Shown here piece after piece: positions 1 through 8,901 of a DNA stretch of 64,000 bases (the stretch's first letter is position 1; each line of letters opens with the position of its first letter). This DNA is from an uncultured Candidatus Rokubacteria bacterium. GTDB lineage: Bacteria; Methylomirabilota; Methylomirabilia; Rokubacteriales; CSP1-6. The notes beneath the pieces are model-generated. The model saw nothing but the letters and a program-made list of their open reading frames with translations, searched no databases and was not told the origin of the DNA. The stretch is from assembly GCA_963747235.1 (NCBI GenBank), contig CAVVEU010000003.1, positions 1 to 64,000 of the forward strand, in the 5' to 3' direction. The position numbers and the translations under genes were made by a program.

Positions 1-81
1 GCATCCCGATCACCGGGCTCCGGCCGTCCGCCTGACCTCGATTCTTTCTCCTCTTCGGCCTATCGGGCAGTGCCGGGGGGT

Positions 82-108
82 CGAGGGGGGCGGCGAGCGC
101 CCCCCTCG
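82..108. repeat. GC-rich hairpin (REP-like, or terminator downstream of bpt)
   Basis: Perfect 11-bp stem CGAGGGGGGCG / CGCCCCCCTCG with a 5-nt loop. Confidence 0.5.
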
Positions 109-219
109 GGCCGTCCCGCTCACCACCCGGTCCTCCGGGAGCAAGCGAGACCCGTTAAGGCCCGAAGGCGGAGCCGCGCATGCGGCGACCGGCGCCAAAG
201 CGCCGCGGGCCCCCTCGGG

Positions 220-1030
220 CTACTTGGTCAGCGGCAGCTCGATCGCCGCGACCTGCTCGCTGATCGCCGGCGCATCGGCGCGGCGCCGGTCGAGCGACAG
301 CTCCGCCGTAGGTCTCGGCCGATCCGCCCCCAGCGGCCGTCGGCGAAGATCTCCAGCGGCTGGAAGCGCGGACTTGTAGTCCATCTTGGCGCTGCCCGGC
401 ACCCAGTAGCCGAGGTAGACGTACGGCAGCCGCATCTCGGCGGCCATGGCGATATGGTCGAGGATCACGTAGCTGCCGAGACTGTCGCGGTCGAGGTCCG
501 GGGTCGAAGAACGAATAGACCATCGACACGCCGTCCGACAGCACGTCGGTCAGGCAGACCGCCACCAGCTCGCCGTCCCGCACGTACTCGACCACCATGC
601 TGCGGACCGGCGATTTCTCGATCATCGCCGCGAACTCGCTCATGTCCATGTCGGCCATGCCGCCGGTGGCGTGCCGGGCGTCGAGGTAGCGGCGGAACAG
701 CTGGTATTGCGCCGGGGTGGCGCAGGGCGACCGCGGCGCCCGCTCGATATGGGCATTGCGCCGCATCACCCGCCGCTGGCTGCGCGTGGGCGCGAAGGCC
801 CCGACGACGATCCGCGCCGACAGGCAGGCCGAGCAGCCGGCGCAGGACGGCCGGTAGAGCACGTTCTGCGAGCGCCGGAAGCCCTGGTGCGACAGCACGT
901 CGTTCAGGTGGCAGGCACCCTCGCCCTGCAGCGCGGTGAAGAGCTTCCGCTCGACCTTGCCGGGCAGGTACGGACAGGGCTGAGGCGCTGTCACATAGAA
1001 CTGATGCGACTGTGGTAGGCTGTGGCGCAT
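220..1030 (-). CDS. bpt: Aspartate/glutamate leucyltransferase (arginyl-tRNA-protein transferase family), frameshifted near 500 and probably again near 360
   Basis: [47 protein letters not shown] and SMVYSFFDP; continues in another frame as [17 protein letters not shown]. Confidence 0.9.
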
Positions 1031-1126
1031 TTGCCCCGCATTCGCTTCCCCCTTCTGCCCCGAAGGGTAGCCACAGGTGGTGCGGACGGGCAACAGGATT
1101 TCTCCGCGCGCGGTGAACGCGCGGGC

Positions 1127-1255
1127 TCAGTCCACCGGCCGGACGATCGCCGTCGCGCCCACGATCAGGTCCGGCACCCCCTGCCGGTAGCGGGTGAAGA
1201 GCACGGTCAGGCAGCTCAGGAGCTGCAGGAACGGCACCGCGATGCAGAGCGTGCA
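1127..1255 (-). pseudogene. C-terminal fragment of an RDD-family membrane protein
   Basis: Frame reads CTLCIAVPFLQLLSCLTVLFTRYRQGVPDLIVGATAIVRPVD*, resembling the RDD C-terminal R-Q-G-x-x-D-x-x-x-G motif; RDD commonly precedes ate/bpt in Alphaproteobacteria; no N-terminus present. Confidence 0.6.
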
Positions 1256-1319
1256 CCTGGACGCGATTGTCGGTCAACACTCCGTCAAAGTCGAGTACAA
1301 GGAGCACTACATGTTTCAT
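1250..1319 (-). pseudogene. N-terminal fragment of a KdsC-like HAD phosphatase
   Basis: MKHVVLLVLDFDGVLTDNRVQVH carries HAD motif I (DxDGVLTD); similarity stops after about 23 aa. Confidence 0.6.
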
Positions 1320-1572
1320 GATGGCGGGGCGACTCTGAGGGATTGCCAGGCGGCCATGTGCTTGACGGTGCGGTCCATATTGATCGATTCGGCGGCTCTC
1401 TCTCCGAAGGGCAATTGCGTCCCTTCTGGGTAGTACCGAATCTACTTCTTCCCGCGTCGAAATCCAACAGGTGAAGGCATATCCTCCGGCTCCGCGGCGA
1501 CGGCCGGTTCAGTGGAGTATGAAAAATCTGCACCGGCCGCGCGACACGAGATGTGGAGGGGCAATAGGGCCG

Positions 1573-3906
1573 TCATGGCTGTTTCTGGCGCCCGCCCGCC
1601 GGCAAAGGCGTGAAGAACCGAAACGAGAAGATCTTGGCGTTCTGGAGCTGGAATCGCACGCGCACCACCTGTCCCGCGAGCGACCCGAGGTCGGAGTCGG
1701 CTCCCCACGTGACCACTCGCGAGATCTCATCCCCCGTCATCGAACTCGCATCGGCGATCGTGAATCCCGGGAGGGGCCGGCCGGAGCCGTCCTGAAGCTC
1801 CACGCGGACATGTCCGCCCGGGCCGGTTGCGAAGTTCATCTCCAGCGCCTTGCCGGTGAACGTAACGGGTCTGGTGATCGCCTGCCCGGCGGCCGCGCGG
1901 AGCGCGACAAAACCGTCCGTCCTGAGCGTGTAGCGTACGACGCGGCCGGGCTGCTCGAGATAGACGGACATCTCCTGGGGCCCCGTCGGGACCACGTTCG
2001 GGCTCATACGGCCGGCAAACACCGGCCAGTTGCTCTGCTCCGGAAAGAAGAATCGGGCGTTGGGGAGGCCCGTGGTGATCCAACGTTGAGTCGGAAAGAG
2101 ACGGTCGTAGGTGAGGCCGCCGCGGGTGGAGGCAAACCGCGTTTCGGAGCGAGCGCTATGGCCGTCGTCAGGTTGATTCCGAAAATCGGGATGGGGGACC
2201 GGGATGTAGTGGGAGGGCATCGCAATGGCGATATGCGGCGCTCGAAAGTACGGCGAGGTCGAGTGGAGGTACCAATGCTCGAAGGGGGGACCGCCGGTCT
2301 CCATGTCCACGGGCGGCGACCAGGTGAGCAGGTCGTGAGAAGTCGTCTTCCGGACCCAGCGATACCATCCTCCATAGCTGTCATCGGGACTCGGAGTGCT
2401 CGGTGCCTTCACCCACCCACGGAAGTAGCAGACGTAGATCTGCTCACTCTCGGACCAGAAAGCGGTGTTCATGCCATCGTAGTCGACGGGAGGAAGATTG
2501 GATTGGCCGTCGCGACTCTTGAAGCGCTGGGGAGGAAGAAAAGGCCCGGGGGAATACCTGCTCCACCGGAGGCCATCCGGCGAGACCAGGATGTGGAGGC
2601 CGTCCGTCCACATCGCGCCGTCAGCGCTCCTGTAGATGACGCCGCCGGTCACCGCCTTGTACTTCTGAGAGGGCGGAGCCCCTGGTCGTGTGTCGATGAA
2701 CGGCCGGAGGTTGTGGAAGGACGGGTCCGGCATCAACAGGACATTGTTGTCCCACGTCCCCTTGACCTTGACCTGCCGGAGGTTGGGGCGGGTCCAGGTA
2801 ATCCCGTCCCGGCTTTCCGCGTAGCACGGCATCCCTTCCTCGGCTTCAGGATTCCACCGCGTGGGATCGCAGTAGTAGTACATGCGGTAGATGTCGCCGT
2901 CCTTGATGACGGTCGGCCCCTGCCCGCTCCAGGAGCCCTCCCAGGGTCGGTCCATGAAGTTGAGGGACATCTCCGCCACCTTCGGCGTCTGGAGCTCCAA
3001 CGTCGCCTGCGAGGTGGAGGCGAGAAGTGAGCCGTCCACAAACAGCTCCCGTCGGGATCCGAGGGCCATAGGCGTGAGGTTGGCGCCCTCACTCCCGGTG
3101 ACGACTCTTACGTTGTCCACGCGATAGTCGAGCTCGTTCGAATGCATCGCGAGGACTACTTGATCGAAGGCATACGTGACCGGGTTGGCATCTGCGCGAG
3201 TCACGTCGACGAGGACAGCGCCTGAGGGGTTGCTCACCTTCATCCGCAAAGTCAACTCACGGAGGCCCGTCCGAGTGATCGTGAGGATCCCGGTGTACCT
3301 GGCGGAGCTGTTGATTGTTGCGGAGCTCTCCGCTCCCAGCTGCGCGATGTCTCCTCCTTCCATGAGCCGGGAGGTGCCGTCGCCGCTCTCCTTGAGCAGG
3401 CCGGTGTTTCCGGCGACAGGCCCGTAGCCGGTCTGCGCCCAGTACCCTTTGTCGTCGCGTGTCGCCCCGCTGCCGTCGCTGGTGCTCGGCGTCCCGGACG
3501 TGGTGTAGAGGCCGAAGCGGAAGCGGTTCTCGCTGCTCGCGCTCAAGGGGTTCGCGAACCGGAAATCGAGCGACAGGGTGAGGGTGTCGCCGACCGTCCC
3601 GAGGGTTTGCGGTGATCCAACGAACTGACCGATGACCGCCCGGGTCACGAACGTGCCGGCCGGGACCGAGGGATTGTCGGCGATCAGCGCGTTGGTCACC
3701 AGCGCACCGTCCGGACCCACCGAAAGAGCGGTCGGTGTCCCGGACGAGACCTCGTTGGAGAACCACTGTAGCGCCCGAGGGTCTCGCCCGGCGGTTCTCC
3801 GGCCGTCCTTGAAGGTCTCCTCCACGACTATCGTGGAGGAGAGGGCGGACGTGGCAAGTGCGGCTGCGATGAGGACTAGCCCGATGGCAATTGCTTTGCG
3901 TTGCAT
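1573..3906 (-). CDS. Secreted two-domain protein: N-terminal beta-rich domain plus five-bladed beta-propeller glycoside-hydrolase-like domain
   Basis: Signal peptide MQRKAIAIGLVLIAAALA; RRELFVD, YAESRDGITWTRP, SPDGLRW, RYTLRTDGF and C-terminal VRVRFQLQNAKIFSFRF; TAGAAT 8 nt before ATG 3906. Confidence 0.7.
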   Translation of the reverse strand: MQRKAIAIGLVLIAAALATSALSSTIVVEETFKDGRRTAGRDPRALQWFSNEVSSGTPTALSVGPDGALVTNALIADNPSVPAGTFVTRAVIGQFVGSPQTLGTVGDTLTLSLDFRFANPLSASSENRFRFGLYTTSGTPSTSDGSGATRDDKGYWAQTGYGPVAGNTGLLKESGDGTSRLMEGGDIAQLGAESSATINSSARYTGILTITRTGLRELTLRMKVSNPSGAVLVDVTRADANPVTYAFDQVVLAMHSNELDYRVDNVRVVTGSEGANLTPMALGSRRELFVDGSLLASTSQATLELQTPKVAEMSLNFMDRPWEGSWSGQGPTVIKDGDIYRMYYYCDPTRWNPEAEEGMPCYAESRDGITWTRPNLRQVKVKGTWDNNVLLMPDPSFHNLRPFIDTRPGAPPSQKYKAVTGGVIYRSADGAMWTDGLHILVSPDGLRWSRYSPGPFLPPQRFKSRDGQSNLPPVDYDGMNTAFWSESEQIYVCYFRGWVKAPSTPSPDDSYGGWYRWVRKTTSHDLLTWSPPVDMETGGPPFEHWYLHSTSPYFRAPHIAIAMPSHYIPVPHPDFRNQPDDGHSARSETRFASTRGGLTYDRLFPTQRWITTGLPNARFFFPEQSNWPVFAGRMSPNVVPTGPQEMSVYLEQPGRVVRYTLRTDGFVALRAAAGQAITRPVTFTGKALEMNFATGPGGHVRVELQDGSGRPLPGFTIADASSMTGDEISRVVTWGADSDLGSLAGQVVRVRFQLQNAKIFSFRFFTPLPAGGRQKQP

Positions 3907-4053
3907 CGTTGCCCATTCTATCGGCTTCAGGAAGGCTATGGACCGGCAAGCGGGCTTCGGGGGGCTGGTCCGCGGCCAAAGCTCCGCTATGGGCGGCAAC
4001 CTTGGTCGGCCAGATGCTTCGACCGGGCGTGAGCCCGGCGGGTTAGCCGGATG

Positions 4054-4209
4054 CTAGGGCCGTTCGGGCCGAGTGGGACGGGTGCGACGCCCCAGCAATC
4101 CGATCCCTGTCAGAGCCGTACCAATCAGCAGAAGCGAGGCCGGTTCGGGCCCAACAAAACCACCCAGCACCCCCAAGCTCAGGAGCGCCAGAATCAAGAT
4201 CAGTCTCAT
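4054..4209 (-). CDS. 51-aa minimal PEP-CTERM peptide (not in the ORF track)
   Basis: MRLILILALLSLGVLGGFVG-PEP-ASLLLIGTALTGIGLLG-RRTRPTRPERP*; AAAGG upstream; divergent from the exosortase gene. Confidence 0.75.
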   Translation of the reverse strand: MRLILILALLSLGVLGGFVGPEPASLLLIGTALTGIGLLGRRTRPTRPERP

Positions 4210-4264
4210 ATCGGTTGCCTTTCATGACCAAGCCAGAGAGGCCAGCCGGGTCGGCACGAGGACG

Positions 4265-4280
4265 TGCACGGTTCGTACCG
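4265..4280 (-). promoter_or_regulatory. sigma54 -24/-12 promoter of the mini PEP-CTERM gene
   Basis: CGGTACGAACCGTGCA (GG-N10-GC); IHF-like TTTCAATATCTTG at 4308-4320. Confidence 0.55.
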
Positions 4281-4470
4281 GCCGTCCACATCTCAAGACT
4301 CCTTATATTTCAATATCTTGTTGACTCTGGGCCGAGAAGAACCTGAAAACTCGTGCAGATTAAAGGGAGAAACTTTTCAGCTAGTTGAATCGGGTTGACT
4401 TACGATTCTTCCCTCGCCGAAACCGCCGCCGTAGGATCATCAACTCCAGGGGACCAGGACCACCGCTTCC

Positions 4471-5373
4471 ATGTCGAACTCCAGCCGATCTCTTTCCGAC
4501 CTGAAGAGTGACGGAAGCCCTATTGAAGCCTGTCGGGCCAAGGGGGCCGTTGCGGCCACGATCCTGGTTGTCCTGCTGACGGCGCTGTACTGGTCGATTC
4601 TCGGCGGCCTGGTGACCCAGTGGTGGGATGACGCCAACTACACGCATGGATTCCTCGTGCCCGTGTTCAGCGGCTTTCTGGTCTGGCGGGAACGCGCCAG
4701 GCTGATGGCCGTGGTCCCCCGCGGCACCCGCCTGGGCCTGGCGGTGCTGGTCGGGGGTATCGGCATCCTGTTCCTCGGAAGCATCGGCTCCGAGAACTTT
4801 CTGATGCGCAGCTCCCTGATCGTTGTCCTCGCCGGACTGGTGCTGTTTCACCTGGGCGCGCGGGTCCTCCGAATCGTCTTCTTTCCGCTGGCCTTCCTGT
4901 TCTTCATGGTGCCCCTGCCGGGCGTGGTCTTCTACGCCGTGACGTTTCCTCTCCAGCGGCTCGCCGCCGAGCAGGCCGCCTGGACCCTCGACCTGCTCGG
5001 GGTGCCCGTCCTGCTGGACGGCAACGTCATTCACCTGAGCCAGATCACCCTGGGCGTCACCGAGGCGTGCAGCGGGATCCGTTCGCTCATCTCGTTGCTG
5101 GCCAGCGCGGTCGCCTGGGCGTACCTCACGCTGCCCCTGGGTTTGATCGCACTCGCCTTTGTGCTCCTGGCAATCCCGATCACCATCTTCGCCAACGCGG
5201 CCCGCGTGGTCGCCACCGGGCTCATCGGGCAATGGTTCGGCGTCGAGTACGCCAGCGGGTTCTTCCACGAGTTTGCCGGCCTGGCCGTCTACTCCCTGGC
5301 CCTCGCCTGCCTGGGCGGGGTCTACACCGTCGCCCGCGGGCTCGTCAGGCCGGGCGGGAAGCCTCGCGATTGA
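4471..5373 (+). CDS. xrt: Exosortase (EpsH/XrtA family)
   Basis: Multi-TM protein with YTHGFLVP, VTEACSGIRSL (catalytic Cys), ANAARV (Arg) and FFHEFAG (His). Confidence 0.92.
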   Translation: MSNSSRSLSDLKSDGSPIEACRAKGAVAATILVVLLTALYWSILGGLVTQWWDDANYTHGFLVPVFSGFLVWRERARLMAVVPRGTRLGLAVLVGGIGILFLGSIGSENFLMRSSLIVVLAGLVLFHLGARVLRIVFFPLAFLFFMVPLPGVVFYAVTFPLQRLAAEQAAWTLDLLGVPVLLDGNVIHLSQITLGVTEACSGIRSLISLLASAVAWAYLTLPLGLIALAFVLLAIPITIFANAARVVATGLIGQWFGVEYASGFFHEFAGLAVYSLALACLGGVYTVARGLVRPGGKPRD

Positions 5374-6014
5374 CCTCGCTCCTGCGCGTATCGCTCTCGG
5401 CGGCGGTGCTCCTCACGGCCTTGCTGGTGCTGCAGTTCCGCTCCAGCGGGGAAGCGGTTCCCATCCGGAAGTCTCTCGATCTGTTTCCGGTCGACCTTGG
5501 CCAGTGGCGAGGCCGTCAGGACACGGCGCTGGAGCCGCAGATCATCAACCAGTTGAAGGTCAACGATTACCTCATGCGCCGGTACGTCCACGACTCCGGG
5601 CAGAGCCTGTGGCTCTACATCGGCTACTGGGCGACGCAGCGCAAGGGGGCTGACTTTCACTCCCCGAAGAACTGCCTTCCCGGTGGCGGCTGGGAGCCCG
5701 TCGAGGCTACCCGGATCACCATCGACCTGCCCGGCCCCCAGCCGCCGATCGTGGTGAACCGGTACGTGATCCAGAAGGACCGGACGATGCAGGTCGTGCT
5801 GTACTGGTATCAGACCCATGGCCGAGCCATCGCCGGCGAGGTCGAAGCCAAGATCGAGCTGGTCCGGGGTTCCATCACCCGGAACCGGACCGATGGAGCC
5901 CTCGTGAGGGTCTCGAGCGTCGTCGCCGGCAACAACCCACAGGCCACGACCGAGCGCCTCGTCGAGTACGTCCAGAGCGTCTACCCGGTGCTCCACGAGT
6001 TTCTGCCGGACTAG
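5370..6014 (+). CDS. epsI: EpsI-family exosortase-associated protein
   Basis: TTG start overlaps the exosortase stop; LYIGYW..QR, HSPKNCLPGGGW, VLYWYQ and RTDGALVRVS. Confidence 0.88.
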   Translation: MTSLLRVSLSAAVLLTALLVLQFRSSGEAVPIRKSLDLFPVDLGQWRGRQDTALEPQIINQLKVNDYLMRRYVHDSGQSLWLYIGYWATQRKGADFHSPKNCLPGGGWEPVEATRITIDLPGPQPPIVVNRYVIQKDRTMQVVLYWYQTHGRAIAGEVEAKIELVRGSITRNRTDGALVRVSSVVAGNNPQATTERLVEYVQSVYPVLHEFLPD

Positions 6015-6017
6015 TCC

Positions 6018-8198
6018 ATGTCTCGCACGGGTGGATTGCGACGTGGGGCGCTGCTCATCCTGGTGGTGATGTCGCTCCTCGCCGGCTGTGCGAGATCTCC
6101 GGAGGCCAAGAAGGCTCGCCATCTCGAGCGGGGTGACCGCTACTTCCAGCAGGAGAAGTACCGGGAGGCCGTGCTCGAGTACCGCAATGTCCTCCGTATC
6201 GACAGCGGCAACGCTCAGGCGATCCGCCAGCTGGGGCTTGCCCACTACCAGCTCGGCGAGATGGGGAATGCCGGGCGCTATCTGCTGCGCATCCAGCAGC
6301 TCGAGCCCGAGAACCTGGAGGCCCGATTGAAGCTGGGGAGTCTCTACCTGCTCGGCGGCCGGTCCGAGGACGCCATGCGGGAGGCCGAGTTCGTGCTCGA
6401 GCGGGATCAGGAGAATCTCGACGGGCTCGTGCTGCTCGCGGGCGCAGCCAGGACGCCCGAGCAAGTAGAGGCCGCCGTTCGACGTCTGGAAGCGGCGCGG
6501 GCGGCCCTGTCCGAGCGGGCCAGATTCCACCTGGCGATCGGGGGGCTCTACCTGCAGAAGGGAGACTGGGCGGCCGCCGAGCGGGCCTTCCGGGAGGCAG
6601 GGGCCCGCGAGCCGAAGTCCGCCGAGCCGCATCTCGCGCTCGCGAGCCTCTACGTCTCCCGACGCGACACCGCCCGGGCCGAGAGCGAGTACAAGCTCGC
6701 CGCGCAGCTCGCTCCGATCGGCTCCGCGGCCCGGGTAAGATTGGCCGACTTCTATCTGCTCCTGGGGCGACGAGATGAGGCCAGGAGCACGCTGAAGGAG
6801 ATCACCGACGCGGCACCCGACTATCTGCCGGCGTGGCGACGGCTCGGCGAGCTCGCCTTCATCGAGCGGAACCTGGAGGAGTCCGCCCGGGCCGCCGCGG
6901 TGGTCCTGAAGAAGAACCCGTCCGATCTGGACGGCCTCTTTCTCACCGCGCGCATCCACCTGGCGAAGCGCGAGACCGCGCTGGCCACCGAGGCTTTCCG
7001 GAAGGTGCTGAGCCTGGAGCCGAACTCGGCCCCGGCCCGCCACCAGCTCGCCCTCGCGCATCTTCAGGCGGGGAACGTGCAGCAGGCCAGGTCGGAGCTT
7101 CGCGAGACCCTGAAGCTCGCGCCGAACGTCCTGGAGGCCAGCCTGCTGCTCGCGCAGCTCGATATCCAGAGCGGTGCCGTGCGCCCGGCCATCGATGATC
7201 TGGAGAAGCTCATCGCACGCCGGCCGGATGCGCTGGCCGCCTACGCCCTCCTGGTCACCGCGCACCTGGGAGCGCGTGACCCCGTCCGAGCCGCGGCCGC
7301 CGCGCGCGCGCTGACGACGGCCGCTCCCCGAGAGCCGCGCGGGCCCTACCTGCTCGGCGTCGCGCTCCTGGCCCAGGGCAAGCCGCCAGAGGCGCGCGAG
7401 CAGTTCGTACGCGCGCTATCGCTTTCGCCCGGATTCGTGGAGCCGCTGAGCCAGCTTGTCTCGCTGGATCTGGCCGCCCGGCAGTCCGACGCGGCGCTCG
7501 CAAGGGTGACGAAGCAGATCACCATCGTGCCCGGATCGGCCGCGCACCGGATGCTCCTGAGCCAGGTGCATGTCGCCCGCAATGAATCCCGCTCGGCCGA
7601 GGCCGCCCTCCTCAAGGCGGCCGAGATCGACCCGCAGTCGACCGACCCCTACCTGGGGCTTGGCCAGCTCTATGCCCGAACCGGCCGTCACGAGGAGGCG
7701 CTCGCGAAGCTGGACGAAGGGTTGAAGAAGAACCCGCAAGACCTGGGTCTCGTGATGGCCAGTGGAATCATTCATGAGCTGATCGGTGACATCCCCCGGG
7801 CCCGTGAGGAGTACGAGAAGGTTCTCGCGATCAATCCGCGGTTCGCCCCCGCCGCGAACAATCTCGCGTGGCTCCTCTCCGAGCACGGCGGGGACAGGGA
7901 GAGGGCGTTGGCGCTGGCCCAAACGGCAAAGGACGTTGCCCCCGGCGACCCGCGGATCTCGGACACGCTCGGCTGGATTCTGTATCGACGTGGGGCGAAT
8001 CAGCGAGCGCTGACCCTGCTGCAAGAGAGCGCGGCCAAGCTGCCGGACAATCCGCAAGTGCAATACCATCTCGGGATGGCCTACGCACAGGCCGGTAACC
8101 AGGTAAGTGCGCGGAAGGCGCTGGCCGCGGCGGTGGGCTCGCCGGTCGATTTTCAGGGCAAGGAAGAGGCGAAGAAGGTACTACTAGGGCTGCAGTAA
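6018..8198 (+). CDS. TPR-repeat lipoprotein, PrsT-like (PEP-CTERM system)
   Basis: Lipobox LLAGC; many TPRs; C-terminal AANNLAW and DTLGWILY..YHLGMA. Confidence 0.85.
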   Translation: MSRTGGLRRGALLILVVMSLLAGCARSPEAKKARHLERGDRYFQQEKYREAVLEYRNVLRIDSGNAQAIRQLGLAHYQLGEMGNAGRYLLRIQQLEPENLEARLKLGSLYLLGGRSEDAMREAEFVLERDQENLDGLVLLAGAARTPEQVEAAVRRLEAARAALSERARFHLAIGGLYLQKGDWAAAERAFREAGAREPKSAEPHLALASLYVSRRDTARAESEYKLAAQLAPIGSAARVRLADFYLLLGRRDEARSTLKEITDAAPDYLPAWRRLGELAFIERNLEESARAAAVVLKKNPSDLDGLFLTARIHLAKRETALATEAFRKVLSLEPNSAPARHQLALAHLQAGNVQQARSELRETLKLAPNVLEASLLLAQLDIQSGAVRPAIDDLEKLIARRPDALAAYALLVTAHLGARDPVRAAAAARALTTAAPREPRGPYLLGVALLAQGKPPEAREQFVRALSLSPGFVEPLSQLVSLDLAARQSDAALARVTKQITIVPGSAAHRMLLSQVHVARNESRSAEAALLKAAEIDPQSTDPYLGLGQLYARTGRHEEALAKLDEGLKKNPQDLGLVMASGIIHELIGDIPRAREEYEKVLAINPRFAPAANNLAWLLSEHGGDRERALALAQTAKDVAPGDPRISDTLGWILYRRGANQRALTLLQESAAKLPDNPQVQYHLGMAYAQAGNQVSARKALAAAVGSPVDFQGKEEAKKVLLGLQ

Positions 8199-8215
8199 CG
8201 GGCCGGTGTTAGGCC

Positions 8216-8656
8216 TCAAGCACCAGTCGATAAGCGACGCCGGCGCGCATACACGCCCAGCCCGGCCAAGGTAGATCCCAGCAAGAGGAGGGTCCCCGGT
8301 TCCGGCGAGGATACAGGGGGATCGCAGTCGGGGTCGTCCTGGCCATAGCCCTTGTCCCATTTCACGAAGCCGTAGCCTTCGTGGCCCTTGTACTTATCCA
8401 AGCCTGACTTGTAGTTGCTGGCCTTCCCGTACTTGCCGTGCTTCTCTTGGCCACCGGAATGGCCGTAGTCGTAGTCGTGCTTCCCGTAGTCGTACTTCCC
8501 ATAGTCGGGCTTGCCGTACTCAGGCTTGCCATGGAGGCCGCTCTTACCCCACCCCATGTCGTAATCGTGGGCCGGCAGTGCCTCTGCCGAGGCGCCGAAA
8601 ACCAAGGACAGCGCGGATATTGCCCCGAGAATCACTCTTTGCCGGTGGCGTGCCAT
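8216..8656 (-). CDS. PEP-CTERM protein with a low-complexity Tyr/Gly/Lys/Asp/His-rich domain
   Basis: GGAGG RBS; signal peptide ending ASAEA; C-terminal SPEPGTLLLLGSTLAGLGVYARRRR. Confidence 0.88.
   Translation of the reverse strand: MARHRQRVILGAISALSLVFGASAEALPAHDYDMGWGKSGLHGKPEYGKPDYGKYDYGKHDYDYGHSGGQEKHGKYGKASNYKSGLDKYKGHEGYGFVKWDKGYGQDDPDCDPPVSSPEPGTLLLLGSTLAGLGVYARRRRLSTGA
8472..8531 (-). repeat. 4 x 15-bp coding tandem repeat (GK-x-D/E-Y pentapeptides)
   Basis: Plus-strand units tagtcgtgcttcccg / tagtcgtacttccca / tagtcgggcttgccg / tactcaggcttgcca. Confidence 0.85.
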
Positions 8657-8697
8657 GGCTTCCTCCCCCAATCGATACTCGTCCGCTGGCGGAGTGA

Positions 8698-8713
8698 AGC
8701 AATTCGCATACCA
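8698..8713 (-). promoter_or_regulatory. sigma54 promoter of the YGK-repeat PEP-CTERM gene
   Basis: TGGTATGCGAATTGCT (GG-N10-GC) about 40 nt upstream of the ATG, with an AT-rich tract upstream. Confidence 0.7.
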
Positions 8714-8901
8714 CGGGGACGGTACCCCGCAACGCTTTATTTTTATGGGCGGTCGGAAATCGTGAGGCGGACAGAAGCTGGGTAATTCACTCCTCTATCT
8801 GGATGTCGCCGTATCCATGGTTCCTTTTCTCGAGATTCCCCTGGACCGAAGCCCGAGTGGGCCGGTTTTGACTCCGTGCGGTATCGTGCTAACGATGTCA
8901 T

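Noticed and set aside
4252-4268. Plus-strand sigma54 site for the exosortase (CGGCACGAGGACGTGCA)
   Set aside because: GG-to-GC spacing is 11 nt rather than the required 10; only the overlapping minus-strand site fits.
8472-8531. CRISPR array
   Set aside because: Contiguous 15-bp coding repeats without spacers; no CRISPR array or cas gene seen anywhere in the window.
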